Shown here one piece after another: positions 28,301 through 37,794 of a stretch of 64,000 nucleotides of DNA (its first letter is position 1; each line of letters starts with the position of its first letter). This DNA is from Pavona decussata. Lineage: Eukaryota. The position numbers and the translations under genes are program-made. The stretch spans positions 3,844,001-3,908,000 of the forward strand of contig CDRNST010000122.1 in the NCBI GenBank assembly GCA_977016875.1. Reading direction: 5' to 3'. The notes below the pieces were generated by a model that worked only from the letters and a program-made list of their open reading frames with translations, was not told the DNA's origin and made no database searches.

Positions 28301-31300
28301 CTGGTCACGCACGCGTTGTGTTACGTAACTCTTTTGGCTCCCTGAATCGAAGATTAATCTGGCTTCAATTCCGTTCGAGGCTGTTGTACTTCCATTTTGT
28401 ATCAGGGCTAAGGCGGTCTGAAGTAACACTGAATCTTGCGATCCCACGTGAAAGGTACTTGCTTGCACAGGAGGAGGCTGTCGGTTTGTGGCATTTCCGT
28501 TGTCGCTGTTGTTTTGGCCATTTACCCTGGTTTCCTTTTTCATGACTCTTTCTGGAGTTTCGATTTCGCACAGGCTAACATGATGCCTACCAGAACATTT
28601 AAAACAGGCAATTTTCGATTGGCAATCTTTTGCAAGGTGGCTTCTTCTAAGGCAAACGAAGCACCGTCCCTGCTTTTTCAGAGATTCTCTTCTTGCGGCT
28701 TTGCTAGTCACGACGTGACAGCTCGCTGTCGGGTGTAGCTGTTTACAAAATGTACAATGCGTTGTACTTGAAGGCGTGTTTTCTGTGAACAAGATGCCTG
28801 CTACACTGGCATTACGCGTGATGCTGGGGCTGATTCATTTATTCCAACTGTATGCTTTGCCGATTGATAAGACTATCCTTGCTAGTGGAATAGTTTAAGT
28901 CACGACGATCGCGTTACGTTGTTTCCTTTGTGTTACGCGACTCAGAGTATCACCGGAAATTTTAGCCTCCCACGCAGACGTTCTTAGGGCAGGAACGCGT
29001 GACGAACCCCCAAGAACGTCTGCGTGGGAGGCTACGGAAAATTTGTGAAATTCCATTGCGATAACGTAAGCTTCTCAATGACCTCTTTTCTGTCTGCAAT
29101 CAATCGCGTCGTGGTCTAAGACTGTCAAACAAAGCACGATTCCTTCACTAAGAACTCACCAATTTCCACCGTTTTACGTGTCGGGTGCTTCTTAGAAGTT
29201 ATTCTTTCGATTTGCCGCTTCAAAATGGTGAAATTTCCCTTTGAAAACGGCACACTTGAGTCCAGAACATGTTAAAACAATATGGCGCGACTTAATCCGT
29301 CTTTAATAAATATATCAAATGATGCATTGACGTCACACAGGTAGGGGTGAGTGGGTCCCCTCCCTCACGATATAAGCGACAAGAATGGATTTTGATTGGC
29401 CTGCTGTTGTTGAAGACAATCAGAACAATACATCCCGAGTAGGAGAGGGGAGAGTTTAATGAACAAGATGCCTGCTATACTGGCATTACGCGAGATGCTG
29501 GGGCTGATTCATTTATTCCAACTGTATGCTTCGCCGATTGATAAAACTATCCTTGCTAATGGAATAGTTTGAGTCACGACGATCGCGTTACGTTGTTTTC
29601 CGTGTGTTACGCGACTCAGACTATCAGCGGAAATTTGTCAAATTCCATTACGATAACGTAAGCTTCTCAATGACCTCTTTTCAGTCTCGCGTCGTGGTCT
29701 AAGACTGTCAAACAAAGCACGATTCCTTCACTAAGAACTCACCAATTTCCACCGTTTTACGTGTCGGGTGCTTCTTAGAAGTTATTCTTTCGATTTGCCG
29801 CTTCAAAATGGTGAAATTTCCCTTTGAAAACGGCACACTTGAGTCCAGAACATGTTAAAACAATATGGCGCGACTTAATCCGTCTTTAATAAATATATCA
29901 AATGATGCATTGACGTCACACAGGTAGGGGTGAGTGGGTCCCCTCCCTCACGATATAAGCGACAAGAATGGATTTTGATTGGCCTGCTTTTGTTGAAGAC
30001 AATCAAAACAATACATCCCGAGTAGGAGAGGGGAGAGTTTAATGAATAAATTAATGTACCGATTTGTGTATACGACGAAGAAAAAAAAAAAGAAATCGAC
30101 CCGTTTTAAGACACGGTATGCCCCCTCAGGGCATCCCGCGTAATAATGCCGACGCGCTTGTTGGCTCTCGTTTTCCACTCCTTCGATCATCTGGACTGTA
30201 TGATTTCTCTTTCGTGGTAAGGGCCGGTACTCCCTCACATCTTTCCCTGTTCTCGACTTCGTTTCGCAGAAGTTGCAGTATTTCAGTAAGATTCCATTCT
30301 CCATCCTTGATTTCACGGCCCACCAAAAGGCGAATATCGTCGGGAATTTTGGACATCAGTACGGGAACCAAAAAACTTCCATACGTTTCTGCAGGCACAT
30401 CTAAAGCTTGTAATCCCCTTACGTGGGCTTCGATTTTGTCGAAGGTTTCTCTCAGTTTTCGAGTGTCCGATGTGTTTTGTAAAGGCGTCAACTTTAGGAA
30501 GCTATCCATGTGACTACTTATAATTACTTGCTTGTTCCCGAATCGCTTCGTTAGAAGGTCAATGGCTGCGCTGTAATTATCACTCGTTAAAGGTAGACCT
30601 GCGATTGTAGAGGCTGCAGATCCGTGTAAAAGGCTTCTTAAGTAGTTGAATTTATCGATCTTGTGTAATTCGGGATTTTCGTGGACTGCGCTCCTAAAGC
30701 TATCCCAAAAGGTAAGCCACTGGCTTGGATCCCCATAGAAATTCTTCAAAGTAAGTCGAGGCAGTTTCGCGTGCTTGTTTGCAATGGCTGGGCCTTGTGA
30801 TGCTTGGCTTGGCGACGGAGCACCATGCTCATGGCTGTCTTTTCGTGACAACACGCTTTCAATTTCGACAACAATCTCCAATATCTTTTCACTGAAGACG
30901 CCAGCTTCTTCGATCTCTTCTTCAATCGCTTTCTCGTCATCTAGGGTGTCTAAAATATCGGCGTCCAAACTATGAATAGTTTCTAGTCGATCTTGAAGCG
31001 ACATTTTCAGTTGTTTCAGCTTGTTTTCTAAAGACGGATCGTAGTTTTTTACGATTTCTTCTGCTTTGGCCATCAGCTTCGTTGCGTACGAGCGATGCCC
31101 CTGTCGTGATTTTTTCTTCTTCGTCATGTTATCCAATGTTATCCGGCTCGAAGGACCATGTAATGAAAACTTCCTTTAATGGCTAATTCGTTCCTCCGTT
31201 AAGGCTCAAAATCTAAGGCTTCACAATATATCACTATATCCGATCTCTTAACTCCGCGCGCTTCTCTATTGCTATTCGAGTCCTGTTTCGCAATGTCCTT

Positions 31301-31549
31301 TCTTATGTCTAGGCCAATCTTAAAACAATCAAAATACATGGATCGGATATCACAAAGTAATTAAGGTTCGCTTTTCACATCCGGTTGGTTAACAATTGAT
31401 CAAGTTCAAAGTTCTTCATTAACTATTTCAATCTTTCGTCAAGTTCCAGTTCAAAGTTCATTTTCTCGACATCTATGAGCTTGCTTCAAAATAAGCCTGT
31501 TGCAATACTAACCTCTTCCTTCCTCTTCATTTGGAGGAGCGTCCGCCAT
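19323..31549 (-). CDS. STAND NB-ARC-like ATPase with C-terminal TPRs (NLR-like); last exon not located
   Basis: Exons 31549-31513 (MADAPPNEEEGR), 23417-23361, 22587-22558, 21891-20191 and 19707-19323 are joined by GT-AG phase-1 introns. Motifs: pre-P-loop LPGPVPHFVNR, Walker A GAVGMGKT, Walker B VVLLDNCE, LLVTS, GxP (CSGIPHAL), TPRs (LGDHHPFTATILDSLSRNY, HMDTAKSLYDLAMVY). The last exon found ends at a phase-2 donor CG|GTAAG. The two large exons are certain; the three small 5' exons are less so. Confidence 0.8.
23894..24206 (-). repeat. 3' LTR of the BEL/Pao element
   Basis: Direct repeat of 31159-31471, adjacent to the polypurine tract. Confidence 0.95.
24227..28789 (-). CDS. BEL/Pao polyprotein, 3' part (zinc knuckles, protease, RT, RNase H, integrase)
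   Basis: Three Cys/His knuckles (CTFC, CFVC, CFKC), protease FDSGS, RT ADIQKAF...FGMNCSPF...YVDD, RNase H FGDAS...TIPRLEL...WTDS, integrase H-H-C-C, DFAG, SDNA, WWGGYYE. Open for 1520 codons. Confidence 0.95.
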   Translation of the reverse strand, partial: FTENTPSSTTHCTFCKQLHPTASCHVVTSKAARRESLKKQGRCFVCLRRSHLAKDCQSKIACFKCSGRHHVSLCEIETPERVMKKETRVNGQNNSDNGNATNRQPPPVQASTFHVGSQDSVLLQTALALIQNGSTTASNGIEARLIFDSGSQKSYVTQRVRDQLSLPTISKESLLIKTFGTDVTGQPTACEKIKVSVGNTNKLSSKEIECFVVPTICAPIGNQEIDTAIKRFAYLRDIELADGVHGNEELEIDLLIGADFMWSFFTGATKRGENGEGPVASCTILGWVLSGPVSGESKNPRLSSVNFVSTHVLKVAAEPKHESPRTEELLCRLWDLDSIGIRDKETVHETFLENISFANGRYCVTLPLKEKRDLLPDNYDLSLVRLNSLMRRLRKEPSILREYNQVFEDQLRENIIELVDEKEELSRDIHYLPHQAVLRSDALTTKLRVVFDASAKVKPSCPSLNDCVYTGPPLTAGIADILMRFRAHKVGLVADIQKAFLNIEVDEQQRDLMRFLWVDDINSEDPNVLIYRFCRVIFGMNCSPFLLNATLKHHVTKYYENDPDLARNTLEGLYVDDWTSGGEDDDEAYALYNTTNACFAAGGFNLRKWASNKKEVIEKITLDRLKKERLKEQESPSNEDQSFAKLCVGGLDEIDPTKEHKVLGTNWNLEEDIFIMKLNKVVEFARNLEPTKRNILRIAAKLFDPLGLISPVMVGLRMLLQKLCLNKCEWDSPIPPHQQHYLQKWMNDMEKVSQISVSRYYFPGERKKVKSASLHGFGDASKEAYCAVVYLCIETEEGYRTSLVASKTRVTPSSPMTIPRLELLAALILARLVATAREALSQVINIEEVFCWTDSITVFYWIQANKDFKQFVQNRVDEIQKLTDVKSWRHCPGVENPADVGSRGCPASELVSNSLWWEGPAWLKGSSNHYPKSGVSNEEDLSEECKKEVKPMKRSPEIVTNTSSLVNLTKEPTPNKPVKFTDDIDCERFSDVMKLFRVTAFCLKFIKNLKSSRNQKREPQNTEPSLTAEEIDEAKCLWIRSLQETMKNEKNLDNLKLQLGLFNDEDNVIKSKGRLGNAQLDAATRYPILLPRRHHVTKLIVEACHRKVKHGGVKETLTELRSEYWIPKGRQLVKKILHHCVVCRKLEGRPYTPPPSGDLPESRVTATSAFTHVGVDFAGPLFVKTGSGAAKQMKKVYICLFTCATSRALHLELTPDLSSEAFIRCLRRFTARRGTPASITSDNAKTFKKANRDLVQLFQDKKTQDYAANHGIAWHFILEKAPWWGGYYERMVQLVKRSLRKVLGKAQLTYEELLTVLTEVEGVLNSRPLTYIYPEVTDNPLTPSHLVIGRRLATLPDNDQLSDDEEPVSKLQRRALYLSKLLEHFWKRWKNEYLVGLREFHRCSSKGVQDREIKTGDVVLVHEDSSRSNWRLGEVIEVIESSDGYKRGALLRVTSKKGKHSRMRRPIQKLFPLEVNTGNTPAQEQVGIVQEPNPRSETSRPPRRAAAATADVIRRLVDQQ
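28790..30143 (-). mobile_element. Helentron-type partial tandem dimer inserted in BEL gag
   Basis: A full copy (~29464-30143) plus a 5'-truncated copy (~28790-29463) of the 12341-13020 element. Removing it restores the frame ...SASAL-FTENT..., with no TSD. Confidence 0.8.
28963..29034. mobile_element. 72-bp MITE nested in the Helentron-type copy
   Basis: 23-bp TIR TAGCCTCCCACGCAGACGTTCTT with an imperfect 9-bp TSD CGGAAATTT. Absent from the two sister copies. Confidence 0.85.
30144..31127 (-). CDS. BEL/Pao gag, 5' part (interrupted)
   Basis: ATG at 31127. KLPRLTLKNFYGDPSQWLTFWDSF...DKFNYLRSLL...NYSAAIDLLTKRFG is typical BEL gag (DUF1759-like). Confidence 0.92.
31141..31158 (-). other. Primer binding site complementary to the tRNA-Tyr 3' end
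   Basis: The plus strand reads ATCCGGCTCGAAGGACCA, matching the animal tRNA-Tyr 3' terminus including CCA, directly adjacent to the 5' LTR. Confidence 0.85.
31159..31471 (-). repeat. 5' LTR of the BEL/Pao element
   Basis: Direct repeat of 23894-24206, followed by TSD TCTAT. Confidence 0.95.
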
Positions 31550-34500
31550 ATTTGCCTGATGATCGTGTCAATTCTCAATAATCGTGTGCTTGGCGCTTCT
31601 TTAACTGATGAAAACAAAAATGAAGGCGTTTGATGAAACATAGCGGGAGCTCCTTTTGAACAACACGATGCGGATCCCGGGGGGATTCCCATATGAAAGG
31701 GGCGGGGATGCTCGTCGGAAATTCTCAATTAAACCCTTTATAAGGAGACCAATTTAGGCATGGCCCAAACTTTTTTTATCCCCTACAAGAGACCATTTTA
31801 AAACACAGACAAATATAAGATACAGTAACTTTTCGCGTGCAACCCTAAACGACACCTTCACGGCTAAATATAATGGCGTTTTACCCAGAACACCCTAAGT
31901 TAAGTGAGACCAAAATCCGAAAATTACACCCTTAAGCGAGACGATGAGCATCCCCGCGCCCTTCATATGTCAGAATTTTTATTTTCGAAAAATAGCCTAT
32001 GATGCAACAATTTTGGGGGGCGAGTGATAACTGCGCGTTCCGTTATAATTATGACTTCTGTTGATAACGGTAATCTTGTTTTTATAATCCCTATAATTAC
32101 TGAAGGAATTACCCTGTTTTTTTGTTGTTTTTTCTTAATAAAAGTATCTTCTTCTCCTACATTTGCAGTTTGAAATTTTCGGTCGAGTCATTATAGGTTG
32201 TTCCGTTGAGCTTGAGTTATGCATACTTGGCCGGGAGATCATGAAACTCTACTAACATCTATAGAGGCGGAAATTGCGTCAACAACACGCATTCTGCAAA
32301 AATCAAGCATCGTCGCCAGTCGTCCTAGGCGAGCGGTGCGATCACCCGTTGAGCTGATCGGGATCGATAGGGACCACTTCTTTATCGAGCACCTGTTTCG
32401 CAAGCTCGCCGAGTAAGCTCGATAAGTGCGTTGAGGCCATGAGGCCTGGAAACAACCAAAACAAGGCCGCCGAAACTCCTGATAGATATTTGTAGAGCCA
32501 ATATGTTATAAAATTTTTACCAGGCAACTTTTTAAAAAATTAAAGCACAGGATATTTCAATCTGATTGGTTCTCTATCCAAGACATTATTGCCGTTACTA
32601 CCTTGTTTGGAACGTCCGTGTTTGCAAAAGAAATTCCGATAACTGACATTTCTTCCTGTGGTTTGAATATATTGTAAAACAATCCTTTCACTCAATCGAG
32701 TTCATAAACGCCCCAATTTCTTGGAATCAATTAACAGCTTCAGGCACCAATAACCAATAAATTAACGTTTGGTATGTAATGTGGTTTAGTTTCCTACACC
32801 GAAACAAGCATTGTTCAGTCATTTAGCTGGTCGCGATTAATAATTTTACAATCGGAGAGAGACAGTGTGGCTACTTGCAATTGTCGCCGTGTAGTCATAA
32901 AATGCATGGAGACGTTCAACTTTTAGTGGATTTTGGCAGAGCAGGAGTATTGAGCGGAAGGGTTGGTATCGATTCATAACAAAGGGATAAATCCCTCTTT
33001 CCTGTCTGCTGCTTAACTCGGTAGATTTATCTTCAGATACTGAATGGGTGAATTCTGGAATTGAACAGTTCACAGCGACAAACCAGTGTTCCGTCTGGTC
33101 TTTCGGCCATAATTTTTTTTCAAGCATTATTCCTTAATTGATCCTAGCTGTTTTGCTATGTATATTTGAATCACAATGCCTTTTAGTAACCTTGCATATC
33201 AGGAAACATCCTTTATTTGTCAGTTTCAGCGAAATGTAAAAAGAAATTAAACGCTAAACATCTTTGAACTGTTTTATGGTCACTAACGTTAAGTAAGCTA
33301 CCGAATACCATAGTCTGCGCAGAGTTTGACACGCTAAGAGTTATATGCTTCAATTCGCTTCAAGTTGTCTGCCCAAGTAAAATGTTTATATCATTCAGAT
33401 TTACAGCATTGAAAACACAAAATAGCTTTCGGTGATTGAAGATAACAATTTTCCAGCGGCGAATAAAAACAACCATGATCCGGTGGTAACTGACTGACCG
33501 CAACTGTACCAATAGTAACTCAATCAATGTAGACCTTAGGCTAATATTTCGGGTCTAAGTGAATGGCAAAAGAGGTTGGTGTGTGCGACCGGCCAGGCTT
33601 GGAAGTGTCTACAGCCGTCACAATCTCGTTGGTTACTTTTAAAACTTATATAGTAAAAAGGAGGGAAAGCAAGTTTGTTCTACTGAAGTTTACTAAACTA
33701 AACTATAAAAGCCAAAAGTTCGAGCACCCGAGTATCAGTAATTAAGCGACACTGATTATCTTACCTGTTAGGAGTTCTGTTCTCACCTTTTATCCAAACA
33801 TATACATCACGACGCTTACCTCAACTGATTACACGCAAATCCAAACATGCCTATGCATGTCAGTGCTGTTAATTAAACACCCATTATTTTAATAGTCGTT
33901 TCACCTATCATGATACATTTATCGAGTGGACTGAAACAAAAGAATTTTTAATTGTATTTTAAGGGATTCAGAAGACATTTAAATATAAAAAGAAGACTGA
34001 TATGCAAACTTTTTCAGCGTCGTCAATGACTACACTTTTTTCGACTGCTTACCTGAAACCGTTAAAAGCTTCTTCGAATTATTTTTCAAAGGCCTTGAGT
34101 TGCGTGCAGCCATTGTTTGTGCGTTGCGCCGTTTTGTGGTCTAGTAATTAGCATTGTTTACATGTAAGTTTCAGTTCCGTTGGGCTTTTTCCCTTCAGTA
34201 ACCTTTTAAACTTTTGCTGTATACCTAGACAGGGGGAGATCATGAAAACCCCTTTGTATAATCCATCATAATTATGCCCGCTGAGAAAATATTTCTTATG
34301 ATAAACCACAGCATGTTACACTTTAAAGCAATCTAACTGATTCTCTATTCAAGGTATATGACGTAACTTACTGTTACTAGTTATTACCTTATTTGGAAAG
34401 TCCGAATTTTCAAAGCAGGGAAAATCGTTGTTTGTTTAACTTGCTTTCGTGCAATTTCCTTCAACTAATAAACTGGTATTCGGAAAACTCTAGTTGAACA

Positions 34501-37016
34501 TATTACAAAGTCATGACGAGCCCTTGGGCTCCTGCCGGAATCAATTATTCTTTTATAACTGATCCTGTGGACGAATTCTTGATACATGCCCCGATTTCTT
34601 GGATCATAAGTTGAGAATAATTGTTAAATACCTTCAGGCAACAAATGACAAAGAAATGAAGATTAACCTGAGGTATATTTACTGGAATTATTCAATTTCC
34701 TAGTTCGAAAGAAACGCTTGACATAATTCTCGGCCAAAAGCTTTGATCAGCCAGTCAGGTAAAAACGTTAAATGATGCTAGTAGTAAATACAGTCTTGCT
34801 CCATTTACATAACGCAAACTTTGCCTTACTAGATATTGGCTCAAACAAGTAGAGGGATAAACCCATTTCCCAGTCGGCTGCTTAATAGGTATATTTGAGA
34901 TGAATTTTGGAACTGAACACTCAAGCGCGCCATACCATTGCTCCATTTTAGCATTTCAGCTCCAAGTACATAGTGCAAGCTAGTTTCCATTACATCTTCC
35001 TTTCCTTCTAGGAATTGATGAATATTTATAGTTATATTAAATGAAGCTTCCAAATCAAGAAGCATATCCTTTATCTCACTCTTTAAACAAACTTTTAAAA
35101 GGATAAGAAATGGCTGTATATGTTTTTGAACTGTTCTGTGATTATTAGTTAACAATCAATTAAAAACAGCCTGGAAAGCTACTGCCGGTTTTGAATGTAA
35201 CAGGAGAGGGTCTTGGTGGTACTGAACAGCCAAGCAATATTCCCTTGATCCGGTTCCCCACACTAAACACAGTTTTGTTCGATCACGTCCCCCTATTCAG
35301 TATTCATAGTTAATCCGTTTAAATATAAACGGAAAAAATGTTTGTAAACAGGAATAAATCCCTTTTCCAGTTGGGTGGATAAGAAAATCGATATTTTGTT
35401 TTCAGATATTGTCTAATAAATACTGGAAAAAAATTAAGTACACCACTTCTTTGTTCCATTCTGTTTTTTCCCTGCCTTAATTACTTAAGTCCTGGTTATT
35501 GTCCCATGCAAATTTCAATTCAAAACGTGTTTCTGTACTGCAATGCTGAATATTTATAGCGGTAACCTTGAACATTTAGTGGTATCCTTTCAGCCCTTTA
35601 TCTGACACTTTTAGCAAGAACGTTTTAAGAATATGAAGACATTATTACCCTTACTAACCTATTTGGAACGTCCGTGTTTAAAAAAGTAAACGCTCCAATC
35701 ATTGTCAAATAGCTTCAGCCAACCAAGAAATGAATGTTTGGTATGTACTGTGGTTTATTTAGTTTCCTAGACCGAAACAAGCATTGTTCAGTCATTACGC
35801 CGGTCGCGATTAATAATTTTGCAATAGAGAGAGTGTGATTGTCGCCATGTAGTCATAAAATGCATGAGCAAATAGTGAGCGGAAGAGTTGGCATTGTTTT
35901 ATACCAAAGGGATAAATCCCTCTTTACTTAACTCGGTATATTTATCTTCAGATACTGAACCATTGAATTCTGTGACTGAACATCTAAGGGCGACATACCA
36001 GTGTTTCATCTAGTATTGCGGCCATACTTTTTTTCCCAAGCATTATCACTCCCCATTATTTCTTAATTAATCCTAGCTATTTTCCTTACATATTAAGAAG
36101 TATCCTTTGTCTGGCATTTTCAGCGAAACTTAAAAAAAGAAATCAGTGGTAAGATATCTCAGTTTGAACTGTTTTAGATCACTGAAGTTAAGTAGCTCAG
36201 TACCGAATATGATAGGCTGTATGGGTGATTGACACGGGAAGGTTATACTGTGCGATACGCCTCAATTCGTCTGTCGCTTCAATTTGTCTGTCGAATTTGA
36301 AGTATGTGTTTATTTCCAGTATTGGAAACACAAAGTGACTTTAGATACTTGAAAGCGGCTAAACCGCTACAGTCTCGCTACCCTCAAACTAACTTATAAT
36401 TACTTAAAAAGAGTCGGGAACCAAGCTTGTTCTACCGGCGTTCACTGGACCAAACTACAAAGCCGGAAGTAAGATATTAAGTTTTGTCCGAGCTGATCGA
36501 CCGGAGTGACAGTTTCCTTGAGCGACAATAAGAAAGTCTCTAAGTGACGTTATTTTAACATTCATTTCTCACCTGTGCATGTTATGAGTTCTATTCTCAA
36601 TTTTTATCCCAATGTCATGACGCTGATTTCAACAGATGGTATTATCAGTCAAAGCGGAGTGTTTGTTTACACTCAACTCCGAACAGATCGATTTATGTCT
36701 GTCAGGTGCTGTTAAAGCTTTAAGCCGGCACTCTTTTCACACCCAACAGTTTGATTGGTCGAGTCTTCCGTGATGATCTATTAATAAAGTGCCGGCTGAA
36801 ACAAAATATCTAACGGTTGAACGCCATTCTCTTATGCATCTCAAATTAACTTGTCGCAGAGCTTGCTCATAAGAACTGCTGTGTCACTGTCGGGTTATCT
36901 TGTTTCTTGGAATGATCAAGAATTACTTGCATGGGAACAAGAATCAGTGACTCGTTGCTCAATCGGTTTCCACTTCTCCGCAGCAAGGCAGTACTCCAAA
37001 CAAAAACAAGAAAATT

Positions 37017-37018
37017 GG

Positions 37019-37052
<34 letters not shown>

Positions 37053-37053
37053 A

Positions 37054-37101
<48 letters not shown>
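37017..37101. repeat. (GATT)n microsatellite
   Basis: About 20 GATT units with one interruption. Confidence 0.95.
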
Positions 37102-37102
<1 letters not shown>

Positions 37103-37290
37103 CACCTGCAGTCTCATCCCATAAGCCGCTTTGGTTTTACTTTTATCGTGCATGTATAAATACATAAAGGTTATTATTAGTAGTAGTGGTATGAAAACAG
37201 TGCAAGAACTATGCTGTGTCTATACTCAGAGTAACTTATCATATTTTCTTGATTAAACGCCGGATCCCGATTAAACACCGGCTTCGTATA

Positions 37291-37794
37291 ATGCATCAGT
37301 CAATTCCAGCTGTGTCCATCCCCCGCCCCCTGGCCGATCCTCGGGAATAAGGATATTTTGAAAATAAGCTGGCAAATGCCCCACAGCCGGAACAAAACGT
37401 TGTTCAAATGCCCCGGGGTATGGGCTCAAAAATGTTTTGTTTTCTTCCTTTCTCGACTTACCTGCAATAAAATCTAAGGTAATTCAGGCCAAATTTAGTC
37501 CCAGCTAAGTCTTGTTTTACCGTATTTAGTGCCAAATAGGTCATTCTGCAGCTCTAGCATCCCATTTGCGTCCTATCTAGACGTATTCTAGAAGAAACTT
37601 ACTGAATTTGCCAATGAATTGGTCATTAGGAGAAGCGAAAATGTTATAAGGCAAGAACAGTGAGATGGTCAAATGCCCCGGGGTAATTGGGTGGAAGGCT
37701 AATGCCCGACCCCCGGGATGGACAGTGCGGGAAAATGCCCCACTATTGCTCGGGGGGGGGGGGGGATGGGCACGGCTGGAATTGACTTATGCAT
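37291..37794. mobile_element. MITE nested in an older TAAACGCC-repeat MITE (~37231-37861)
   Basis: TIRs ATGCATCAGTCAATTCCAGC / GCTGGAATTGACTTATGCAT. The host's TAAACGCCGG repeats continue on both sides. Confidence 0.7.

Larger units (their letters stand above)
23894..31471 (-). mobile_element. Full-length BEL/Pao LTR retrotransposon
   Basis: 313-bp TG...CA LTRs at 23894-24206 and 31159-31471 (one mismatch seen), 5-bp TSD TCTAT, PBS TGGTCCTTCGAGCCGGAT, PPT GGTCAAGGGGGGAG, domain order gag-PR-RT-RH-IN. Confidence 0.97.

Noticed and set aside
36959-37165. INQS-repeat ORF
   Set aside because: Translation of the (GATT)n microsatellite.
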